Source: Pseudogymnoascus verrucosus
Lineage: Eukaryota
Strand: one strand, 5' to 3'
Length of the DNA stretch: 64,000 nt
Assembly: GCA_001662655.1 (NCBI GenBank)
Contig: KV460260.1
Part shown: positions 47,843 through 58,710 of the stretch, piece after piece
How the letters are laid out: every line of letters begins with the position of its first letter
Position numbering within the stretch: position 1 is the first letter of the stretch
Position numbers and translations under genes: made by a program
The notes under the pieces: generated by a model
Databases searched by the model: none
The model's input: the letters and a program-made list of their open reading frames with translations, nothing else
Told to the model about the DNA's origin: nothing

Positions 47843-50187
47843 TCACTCAGCTTCCACCCCATTCCCCACCCCCTTCGCCCACCTCCTATACCCCTCCACC
47901 ATCTCCTCCGTAATCTGCTTCTTCACCCTCCCCATCGCGACCTCAAAATCCCCCCTCCCAACCTTCGCCCCCATATCCCCCGTCTCCAGCACGCGATCAA
48001 TCACACAATCACACGCCGCCTGACAAACCCCCACAATCTCCGCTCCACTGTACCCCTCACACCTCTCCGCCAACCACGCCACCTCCACGTCCGCCTCCCA
48101 ATCCATCTTTCTCCTCCTCCCCTCTAGAATCTCCACCCGCCCTTCCAAATCCGGCGGCGCTACGTAGAGCAGCTCATCGAACCGTCCCGGTCGCAAGAGC
48201 GCTACATCTAACGCCTCTGGCTTGTTCGTCGCTGCTAAAACCATTACACCCTTGAGCGTCTCAATCCCATCCATCTCATTCAACAACGTCGTCAACACAT
48301 TCACGCCCCCTCCCCCCCTCCCCTCCCTCTTCCCTCCAATCGCCTCCACCTCGTCAAAAAACACAATACTTGGCGCCGCGCCCCTAGCCCTCGCAAAAAC
48401 CTCCCGCACCGCCCTCTCAGACTCACCAACATACATATTCAACAGCTCCGCCCCCTTCACTGCGAAGAAATTAAATCCCGCCTCCGTCGCTACCGCAGCC
48501 GCTGAGAGCGTCTTACTGCACCCCGGCGGACCGTACAGAAGGAGTCCTTTCTTGGGAGCAGCGCCAAGACGAGCAAGCAGAGCAGGGTGACGGAGAGGCG
48601 TCTCCACAGCGCGGCGGAGAGCGCGTTTGAGAGCGTGCTGGCCGCCGATGTCGGACCAGTGCACTTTGGGGGGGCGGAGGGTGATGTCGTGCATGGCTGT
48701 TGGGCGGACGGAGAGGAGCGCGAGGTCGAGGTCGGGTTGTGTGAGGGAGGGGGTGGGTGGGGTGGTAGATGAGGGAGCTGGGGTATCGAGTGGCGTAGAG
48801 GGAGCGGCGACTATGATGGCGTCGGTGGTTGGAAGCTCGAGTTGCCCCGGAGGGGTGGCGGGGGTGGTTGAGGCGGCTTCTCCGCGTCGACGGTGACGTG
48901 CGAGGAAGCATGCGCGGTCGAGGAGTAGGGCGAGGTCCTCGGCTGTGTATGCGTGGGTTCGCTCGGCGAGGCGGTCTAGGAGTTTGATTTCTCCCTCCTC
49001 CTTCGGGCCGAGAGAACGCAGGATTTGTCTCCGTGCATCCGCATCAGGGATGGGGAGGAGGATATCCGTCGTGAATCTACCGCGCTTGCGCAGGGGGAGC
49101 GGAACAGCAGATGCGGATGCCGCAGCGGCGAGAACAACAACCTGCACAGCGTCGCTGCTGAGACGGGCCATCTCGTCGCTGAGAAGAGCAGTGATAGCAG
49201 GCTTGGGTGGGTCGGCGGCAGCGAGACCCTCTAGGTCGTCGAGGAGGATTATGCTTGGGGCGGTGAGGCGGGCATCCTTGAAGACCTCGCGGATAGCCTG
49301 TGTCTTTGCATCGGCGTCGATGCGGAAGACGCGGCCCCATCCGGTAGCAGCGACGCGCTCGAGGAGGAGCGTCTTTCCGCTGCCATGGGCGCCGTGGAGG
49401 AGGACGCCGCAAGCGCGCCTGCCCCAGGCTGGGGAGGTCTTAGCAACGTCCGAGAAGTCCGCGAGGACGTCATTGAGTTTCTGGAGGGCGGAATCGATGC
49501 CTGCGATTCCTGAGACGTGGAGGGTTGGGCGGGGACCGGTGGTGGGGCGCTCGAGGGCGGCGGCTTGCTCGTCGATGATCTGGACGCGGGAGGTGGGGGA
49601 GAAGTGGGCGATTTTGTTGGGGAGGGGGCGTCCGGAGAGGAGGAAGGACTCGACTATGAAGGAGCGGCGGCCTTTGAGGGTGATTTCATATAACATGTCT
49701 GTGAAGATTGATTCGGCGCGGACTGTATCATATTAGCAAAGATGGTAATATAGAGCGCCACGGGACAATACATACCCAGTTTATCCTCTAAATACCACTC
49801 CCAATGAGCTCTATCCTTCTCCTCCAGTGCCGTACCTCCACTCACATCCCTCAAAACCACAATATCCGCCGTAACCAGCGGTCCAGCAGGCGCAACCGCA
49901 ATCCGATCCTCCAACCGGAACCCGCAGTGATCCTGAAAACTCTTAAACATCTGCATCACATTCCGATTTATCTTCTGCGCGCTCGGCCACGCAATAGCCT
50001 CCCGCCTTGAATCCGCATCCTCAACCTTCCATACCGAACAGGGCTGTCCTGCCTCCAACCTCAGCTCGAGGAGGGTGTCCATGGAGAGGAAGACACGTGA
50101 CACATCTTTGCGATCTGAGCGCTCTACGTTTGGCAGCGTGCGGATCTTAACCTCAGCGCATCTTTGCGCATTCTGGAGGTCAGTCAT
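47843..50187 (-). CDS. AFG2: Double-AAA ATPase of the Afg2/Drg1 (Cdc48-related) family
   Basis: Intron 49723-49775. D1 GAHGSGKT; D2 WSDIGG, LLYGPPGCSKT, KGAELLNMYVGESERAVR, FFDE, LLRPGRFD. Confidence 0.85.
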
Positions 50188-50469
50188 TATATCAGAGATG
50201 TCTTTGTCTGTTTTTCTCTGTTATTCTGAAGCTCTCCAGTGCTGCAGTTGTGCTTGAGAAAGGCGTTGTCGTTGCGGAATTCTCATTCGCCAATTTTTTT
50301 GTAGTGCACTTCTTCCTATCGACGCTTATCGCCGAGAGAAGCGTCGAAGGAAGCTCAACATCCACTTAACCACCCTACGTAACGAACGGCGACGACTCGA
50401 CTCGACTCGACGCACCACGCCCTGTGACCGGTCGAATCGCAGTCACCACCTGCGAGCTGGGCGAAGCTA

Positions 50470-51990
50470 ATGCTGCTGACTCGGCCGCGACACTCGCAAT
50501 GCCTGTCACCGACATGGGCCGCTCGGCGGTTCCTGGCCGCGGCGCGGCTGCAGTGTTATAGCACCGACGGCCAGTCGAATCCTCCGAACATACGACGCGT
50601 TGATTTGGCGCAGAAGGGAGAGGGCTCAGGGGTCAGTGCGGCGCTTGGAGATGGAGGTTTACATAGAGAAGGTGGGAGGGTGCGCGATGGGGCGCAGAGG
50701 CTTGCACGACGGCCACCGCCTAAGTTCAGGAGGAAGGAGGGAGTGGCTGGTGGAGATGGGATAGGAGCTGAACTCAAGGAGCTTGGAAGTGCCTTGAGAG
50801 ATGCAAGCCTGGTCGATTCCCCAGCACCCAACCCCCCAGTGACGAATACCAAAACCCTACGAGCGAACGAAAAACCGAATACAATCCTCGAAGAGCTCTT
50901 CCCAGAATACAAAGAAGCTCTCTCAAGCACCAACAACACCACTTCCAAACCCTCCACAGACGACCTCCCCAAACTCGACCCAAGCGCCCTCGGCCTCCCC
51001 CCATCCACCTCCTGGAAGCCCCTCAACACCCCCAAACCCGACCGCCCCTTCCTCCACCCCGACCACCAACCTCCGACCTCCCCCTCTCTCGACCCGCACA
51101 CCCTCCGCCAACGCCTCGCCGCCACTGTCCTCGTCATCTCCAGCACTTCCCGCCACCTCGCCCTGAGCGACTTCATCCGCCTCTCCCCGCGCGGCTCCCA
51201 CATCGAGGGCTGGACCTCAGGGATTCAGCGCGTGATTCCTGGCCGCGACCCAACGACGTTGGCAAGGCAATCGCATTACTTCGTCCTCTTCTCAACTGCA
51301 GCGGCGGCGCAGGCATATAAGGACAATATCGCGCGACTGCATTATCTGAGCCGCAAATGGACGCCGACGTGCGCGACAAGCAGGATGGCGCCGGTGCCAG
51401 GGGTGCTGGTTGATGGGGAAGATGTGGCTGCGCTCGTGAGCGCGTTTACGATTGTGCCGAGCAGCCAGAAGTTACTGTTTAGTAAGGTGGTGAAGAAACC
51501 GTATCGACCTGCGGTGGCACGGATGATTGAGACGGGGGGGTATCATCCGCTTATTACGCCAGAGGCGGGACGGCAGGGGGAGAATCTGGTGTTGGTGGGC
51601 TTGGATCGAGGGAAGATGAATGCGTTTGAGCTTGGGCTTGCGATTGGACTGGATGGGAAGGAGAGGAATTTGCAGTGGAGATTGGAGGGAGGAAAAGAGG
51701 ACATTGTGTTATTGGGGTCGAAGAGCGATCCTAAGGTTGCGCAGGGGGAACAGGATGAGGACGAGGAAGAGGGATGGGATAGCGAGGGTGGGGAGAGGCA
51801 GCGAGAGCAGAAGAAGGGGAAGGGGTTTAGGGGGCCGCCGAGGTTTATTGTCAAGTTCAAGGATAGTGCTGAGGCGCGACGGTTTGTGCGCGCGTGGCAT
51901 TCACGGATACTGGAAGGGGAGGCGCTGGAGCGTCTTGCGAAGGCGGGAGTGGGGGAGCAGGCCCAGGTCAGCGCGGAGGTGCTGTGGTAG
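50470..51990 (+). CDS. Uncharacterised fungal protein, probable mitochondrial presequence
   Basis: 506 aa uninterrupted ORF divergent from AFG2; Arg-rich N-terminus ending RLQCYS; same 5'-C/3'-G skew as neighbouring genes. Confidence 0.75.
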   Translation: MLLTRPRHSQCLSPTWAARRFLAAARLQCYSTDGQSNPPNIRRVDLAQKGEGSGVSAALGDGGLHREGGRVRDGAQRLARRPPPKFRRKEGVAGGDGIGAELKELGSALRDASLVDSPAPNPPVTNTKTLRANEKPNTILEELFPEYKEALSSTNNTTSKPSTDDLPKLDPSALGLPPSTSWKPLNTPKPDRPFLHPDHQPPTSPSLDPHTLRQRLAATVLVISSTSRHLALSDFIRLSPRGSHIEGWTSGIQRVIPGRDPTTLARQSHYFVLFSTAAAAQAYKDNIARLHYLSRKWTPTCATSRMAPVPGVLVDGEDVAALVSAFTIVPSSQKLLFSKVVKKPYRPAVARMIETGGYHPLITPEAGRQGENLVLVGLDRGKMNAFELGLAIGLDGKERNLQWRLEGGKEDIVLLGSKSDPKVAQGEQDEDEEEGWDSEGGERQREQKKGKGFRGPPRFIVKFKDSAEARRFVRAWHSRILEGEALERLAKAGVGEQAQVSAEVLW

Positions 51991-52617
51991 GGTGGCTGCG
52001 TGGGAGATACTGTATATATGTATGATATGAGGAGTGTATATGTAGAAAAGGCATAAGATCAATAAAACGTATAATAATCACCAGCCACACATATGTTGTG
52101 GATTCAGGAGATGCTGTGGTTGAGTACGTACCATACATCACAATGCTGCTACTGCCAAGTGCCGGCAGCCATTTCCTTGGAACATGCTTGTTATTTTAGA
52201 TTCTGACCCAACCACAGGGCCGTTTTAACCGTGCTCAAACGTCAGATCGGCCATTTCCTGTTAATTGTGGCACTTTTATGCCATTAGTATAGTTTGCTAT
52301 AGTATGGACCAGGGAGCTTCCTGTGATCAACAACAAACATGACGTCACATATAAAAAAAGTGAGAGCAGTCTGGACCCTGAGAGGTGGAGGGAAGAGGGG
52401 CAGCGACAGGGACGAGGGCATCAAGCTTGGTTCTGCCATGGATATAGGTCATATTTGTCGACGGTAGGTGGTATAAAGGTAGGCTGGTCTGCTTTCTTTG
52501 CGTGGTGGTCTTGTTCCGTGGATTTGAAGCACCAGAAAGGAATATATACAGCTCCAGAAGGAGCCATTACAACAACTACCACTATTACTGTCGTTCAAGC
52601 TCTGTGCCATAACCAAA

Positions 52618-53984
52618 ATGGGCATCTTCACTCGTCGGCGGGAAGAGCCTGTTCCCGGGCAGACCGCTCCCGTTGAAACCGTCACCGAGACCAAGCAGCC
52701 TACCCAACGACGAGGCCTATTTGGAAACTTTGGAAACCGCCAAACCAAAGGGAATCATGAGCCCTATGTCCTGGCCTACTCTCGCAGACCGACATTTGGA
52801 CAGTGGCTCAAGTGCACATGGCTTGACATCCTCACTATGGTTATCATGGGTGCCATTGGCCTCGGGGTAAGCAGTTCTCTCTCCATCCTATATCAATCAC
52901 TAATGCAGTCCAGGTCTACGAAGCGCATCCAGCGCCAACTCGATCCTTCCCTATTGAATTCCGCGACGGCGAGATAGTTTACCCCGAATTCTCCTACCCC
53001 CTCCGGAAGAACATCATCCCCATTTACGCCGCCGCGCTGATGGCAGCCCTGATCCCGATCTTCATCATCCTCTGCATGCAAGTCCGCATCCGGTCTTTCT
53101 GGGATGTCAACAACGCCATCATCGGGCTCCTCTACTCCCTAATCTCCGCCGCCGTCTTCCAAGTCTTCTTAAAATGGTTAATCGGCGGCCTACGCCCTCA
53201 CTTCCTCGCCGTATGCAAGCCTCAGATCCCCGAAGGCACCAACACTGGCACAGGCTACAAGCAGATCATGTACACGGACGCCATCTGCACCGGCGACCGC
53301 GACCAGATCGACGACAGTCTCGAGTCCTTCCCATCAGGCCACTCCACGGCCGCCTTCGCGGGCTTCATCTTCCTCTACCTCTACCTCAACGCCAAGCTCA
53401 AGGTCTTCGCCAACCACCACCCCGCGATGTGGAAATTAATCGCCATCTACGCCCCCGTCCTGGCCGCGACCCTCATCGCTGGCTCCCTCACCATCGACGA
53501 GTTTCACAACTGGTACGACTGCGTCGCCGGTGCCATCATCGGGACCATGTTCGCCTTCAGCTCGTACAGAATGGTGTATGCATCCGTCTGGGATTTCAGA
53601 TTCAACCACATCCCGCTGAACCGAAATGTGCCTTTCGGATATGGGGCGGGCGAGATGGAAGGCGGCGAGGCTGTGTTCACGCGCAAGGTGGGATGGGGAG
53701 TCGAGGGCGCGGGGATGGGAGGTGCGCCGTTTGATGCCTCTGCGCTTGGAGGGATGGGGATGGGAGGTGGACTTACGGGAAGGCACTCGCAAGGCGGGGT
53801 GATGACAGAGGGATATGCGCATAATGGGCATAATGGAGTCATGGGTGGGAACCATGCTGGTGGTGTGATGGGACATACCCAGCATGGCGTTCCTGGTGCT
53901 CACACAGGCCACAATGGTGTCCCGGGTGCTCGCGTTGCGGAGCCTTCTATTGCGCGCCGCCCAGTTGGGGATAGTATTGTTTGA
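52618..53984 (+). CDS. PAP2-family lipid phosphate phosphatase (Dpp1/Lpp1-like)
   Basis: Intron 52867-52913. KWLIGGLRP, SFPSGHS and DEFHNWYD motifs; several hydrophobic segments. Confidence 0.9.
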
Positions 53985-55005
53985 TGGGGTCTATCTTATT
54001 TTAACCAAGTTTCGCACGCGGATACCTTATGAGTAAGTAATAAAGAAGTGTGGATGATTGGGGGCGAGTATTATTTATTAGCGTAGTTATTTCAATGTTG
54101 GATATCTAATTCGAAAACACATACATCATACCTATTCGCTTCCCAAAAATCAGTACTGATACTACTAAACTTGACAACTGCTACTGGTGCACTGACTTGC
54201 GACTAATCCCATCATCGAGTTTGGCGCTCGATTATATTTAGGTGGATATCCAACAAGGCTTGCGCGCTGGCATGTACTGGCCGCATATAACGTGACCACC
54301 AACAACCATCCATCGACTCACAAAGTGAGAATCTACCTGGCCGCAATGTTGGAGATGGCCATGGGGAAGACCTCACCGCTACATCGGTGTAGATATCTCT
54401 TTGGACGTCATTTGAAATTAGGTCCTGGTTTGTGAGTAGAGATGCAATAGCTTTGATGAAGCGTATCCAGGACAGCAGGAGTTTTTACATTTACACCACT
54501 TTAAGCGCACCGATTCCAAGGTTCCCACTACCACGACTCCTTGACGCCCCTCCAGCCCCCACTACCCACCTGCCATCCCGTCCCCATGGTTTGTAACCCT
54601 GTTTCGAAAATGCGTCCTCGTGCAGCCTTGCATACTCGCAGAACCTGCATCGAGGGCATGATGCCTTCATAGGCCGTGCATGCTATGATGATGGTATACC
54701 AGGCAGCTGCATTGCATTGCAGATGGGAGTCACCTATTACCAGCCTCATAGTGGCGCGGAGGAGCGCGGGTGGTTCGTAGAGATGCAGCCGTTCTGACGC
54801 GCTTTGGCGCGCCGGAGGGTGTTTAAACGGGGATGGGGAATGCTTATAACTCCGTCTGGTGCTCGTCTCGGAGGAAGGGTGTTTGTAGGAGGTCCAAGTC
54901 GTCGTTATTTTCTCTGTGCTTTTTTTACTTTTTGATTTTCATTTCGTTGATTCACGCTCAAGACACATGCTTCTGGTCAATACGTTGAAAGAACGGACGT
55001 CAAGC

Positions 55006-55911
55006 ATGGCGGCGGGAGAAAAGTGTCGGGCGAGAGGCTGCCCGACTGATGTATGTGCAAACAGTACGTTTTGCAATATGCGTAAGTCCACCAGTGCTGA
55101 TATCACTCTCTCACTCTGCTTGTACCTGAGGATTTCCTCGACTGGAACCAAGACCTACCTTGATGTTAATAAAATTACATAGATACGTGCTCCTATCCGT
55201 TAGCATGCAACAACCCGACAGCTTGGCCAAGGCTATTTTGTATAATCCGTAAGTGTTCCCTATCTCAGGAGCTAGAAAATGATAGCTTGCTGACTGGCAT
55301 TTTTTCAGATACATGTCGGGTTCATACAGAAAAGGAAGGCTGCGGTGCACCTATTAGAACGCCGGAGATGACAAGTTGTAAGGACCGTAAGTTTCCATGG
55401 GCCATTGATTGGGCTGTACTAAACCTGACGGTTATGTCCTCAACACAGATCAGTGCACTGTTCCCTTCACGAATGGAGGAACCTGCCCTGTCCAAATTTG
55501 GACTTTTGGGTATACCCGTTGTTATGGCCGTAAGTCCCCAATGTCAGAAACTATGAGTTACATTAACTACGTCGATTGCTGACAATGTGGCGCCTGTAGA
55601 TTCATGTACCGTAGCTGGCTGTAGGAATATCAGATCAATTGAATCAATGTTTTGCGATGGACGTAAGTATTTCAGTTCTTTTCGGGTTAAATTTTACCTA
55701 ACATAACTGGAATTGGATGTGAAGTACCAGCTAACGTTGTTATCACTTGTCATAGATACGTGCAGGACTAGTGGGTGTTTTGAACAAACGGTTGGGGAAG
55801 AAGATAAGTGTGGCAAACGTAGGTATTCCATGGCACCACTTGAGCTTTTATGGTTACTAATTACTGTATACCAAACCAGACCACAGTGAGAGCTGCTGTG
55901 TAGTTATGTAA
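55006..55911 (+). CDS. Six-repeat C-C-C-H (zinc-finger-like) protein with C-terminal CaaX box, ~152 aa (not in ORF track)
   Basis: Exons 55006-55081, 55183-55248, 55309-55386, 55449-55529, 55600-55662, 55756-55818, 55880-55911. Donors GTAAGT x5 and GTAGGT; all introns phase 1 inside a His codon; frame stays open to CCVVM*. An alternative in-frame ATG lies at 54967. Confidence 0.85.
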
Positions 55912-56961
55912 GCTGTCGAAATGGCACGTAGCGGAAGAGTAAGTTATCATAGAATCAAACCACCACCTTCTTTTTACTTTGCTAACCGGTGTTAAATAGA
56001 TGCCATATCCGCATTCTAACGATGATGGGGACCCAACCGATTTCACAGGCAATTATAGCCAGAAAGTTGGAAAAATCGCAAGGGAACCCCACACATGGGT
56101 ATTGAAAAAGGAGCAAGGAGACCACACAAATGAAATGGCATAGAAAAGGAGTCTCGTGGTTTGCTGGCACTTGTTAAGTGGATGCATAAGTTCCACGAAC
56201 TAAATTCTGTGTTGAAAGTGCCGAATTATGATACCGATGATATTTGCAACAAGTTTTCAAAGGAGTGGATAGTCAGGAAGGTATAAGTTTATGTCTGGGG
56301 TTAGAATGGTGGTGTTTTTAAGAACCTTCATGTCTATTTGTATTGTTACGATGGAAATTTTTGTTCTCGGCCTTGTTAAATAAATTGTAACTATTTGTTA
56401 CAATTAATAATTCGAAATAAAATAGATCTACTTATTGTCTGATTCAAGGATCAAAGATGAGTATAATTTCACAGTAATGTTTGAGAATTATTATATAGCC
56501 GAATCTTTATTATATTTATGGCTTAAATTCTGAGAAGGCAGCCTAATGGGATAAACTCTGTGGTTGGACACATAAATCGTGGTTCCTTTGAAGCGTCGGC
56601 CACCAGCAGTGATTCCAACTCAAATATGAGTATGAGAGGAACCGTGAGTTGGGAAACCTACCCCAGTGGGGTCTATTCTGCGGCCGCCTGTGCTGCCTGA
56701 TATGCACATCCCTCCTCCAAGTGTTCAAAGGAGGCATCTAATCACCCAGTGTTGTAATCAACAAGCCAGCGACTCAAAAATAGAGATAAAGAGAAGAGTC
56801 CTATCATCTTAAATAGTTGATATAGATTCTCGGCAAAGACAACCCCTCTTTCGGACTTTTGGGCGGCGCGAGTATTTGTTAGTTGTTATAAGCGCCAATA
56901 GTGTTGGTAGCGACGAAAAGGAACTCGAAAGGAACTCAACAAATATCACACCATCAGAAAC

Positions 56962-57500
56962 ATGAGCAATAAACGCCGAGTATTTGTCTCAATTCATTAT
57001 CGTGGCGTCCTTTCGCTCGGAGAAAACAGACAGCGACTGGGTTACGCCGCATACCATTGGGGGATTCTCATCTCACCAAAAGTCTACAAGGAACCTGATT
57101 GCTACTCATTCGATGTCAGTGATGCAGCCAGGCCAGATCCAGAAACCAGGATTGATCTTAATCCAAACCATGAATGATTTTTCGGAGCAACCCTACCATT
57201 AGTGGCAGCTTACTCGGCTTGATTATGATTGGAAAGATTCCGAATGGGGTTGAGATATCAGAAATTCGAACACGCCTTCAGTCGATCCCAGTCCCTCAAA
57301 AAAATGTCATGCCGGAGCAGAACTGTGTTACGTGGGTAATGTCTGCTATTAAGACTCTACAGAAAAATGGATTTGCTGAACTGTTTGAGATAAATAAGTT
57401 CATGGACGCTGGAATCGAGTTTGCTGATGAAACTTTGGCGGATAAAAGTGGCACTCCCGCAACGGTTGCAAAAATGGACTATACAGGTCGAAAGATGTGA
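56962..57500 (+). pseudogene. Frameshifted gene for a small fungal protein with YHWGI...NCVTWV motifs
   Basis: ORF 56962-57177 and ORF 57174-57500 join if one G is restored (GAA TG[G] ATT TTT CGG = E W I F R). Could also be a sequencing error. Confidence 0.65.
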
Positions 57501-57704
57501 GATGGTGCCAGGTTGGTTTTTTATTGAGCTATGGAAGCTCTATATTGTTATTTTCATAGTTTCCCTCCCACCAGCAATTCACGTCAACGCCTCAAGAACG
57601 GGAGTTAGGCCGCTAGTTTCATTGCAAAAAGAGCGAGATCTCAATAGCTAAGCAACCATTAGATACCGAATATCATTCAAAATTACTGCCATACACGTAA
57701 ATAT

Positions 57705-57875
57705 TTAGCAAGGGCTAGGGTCATAACCGCAGGTCCCATCAGTGCAGTCCCAGCACAGCTTCTCACCTTCCCAGCAGATGCCGCAGTTGTCCTGGCGTTT
57801 CTCTGCCTCAGCTTGAATGGCGGGTGCCGCAAAGGCAACGGCGAGGAGGGCGGCAAAGACGAGAGTGAGCTTCAT
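57705..57875 (-). CDS. Small secreted cysteine-rich peptide precursor (56 aa)
   Basis: MKLTLVFAALLAVAFA signal peptide, pro-region ending EAEKR, mature QDNCGICWEGEKLCWDCTDGTCGYDPSPC with 6 Cys; minus-strand TATATAAA at 57970-57963. Confidence 0.85.
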   Translation of the reverse strand: MKLTLVFAALLAVAFAAPAIQAEAEKRQDNCGICWEGEKLCWDCTDGTCGYDPSPC

Positions 57876-58710
57876 GTTGACGGTGATGGTTATGTTTGTT
57901 ATTGGAAATATGCCTTTTGTGGTATAAGAGTTCGGGATGGAGAAAGGATGTGGGAAGAGGGGTTTATATACTGGGTTGACTTTACATAATTTATAGCTGG
58001 TTCCCCACATCTATTCCTTAAACATAGAGTTAAATGGTGGCGGTTATAGGCTTACTTGCATGAAATCTTGTACAGCGGGAATCCTCCTTGGCGAGAATCC
58101 TACGAAGGCCCCTTGAGGTTGGATAGGCCCGAATCACTCACCCCTAACTGCCTATTTCGTAACACGTGTACCATACGACGAAGGGTGCTCGTTGCTGCAA
58201 CTGGTCGCATGTCATGTGGAATGCACTTTTGTTCTATGCAATGCTAGTAATATGGCTGTATATGCCGGCATGGGCATATAGTGCAACCACATGAGAAGTC
58301 AGATCTCATCAGCAGGTTGCCCTACGGACACATTTTTTCTTCTTCACATGGCCGTTCCTCACACAAGTTCGTTTCTTGTATTTGAAATCCAATCCGTCGT
58401 AGATGACGTGGGAGCTAACAATGTTGTGAGAATGCGCTCCAGCTATCATATGTGATTAGCGCACGCCGCCAAGCACAGGCACTGTAATTAGGGAGCTGGA
58501 GGCGCGAAGGAAGGCGGGGAAAGATGGGGGCGAAAGCTTCGCATTGGCGATATGTAGCGTAACCTACTCTAGCGCCTTTAGCGTAGGGATGGCGCTCTCA
58601 GCGGTTGAAGGATTTTATGAGTAATTCTGGGCTGCAATGGGGACATATTCTCGTTGTTTTAAGACTTGTCTGATTGAACTCAACACTAAAAAGCAAAACA
58701 CCCATCCGTC

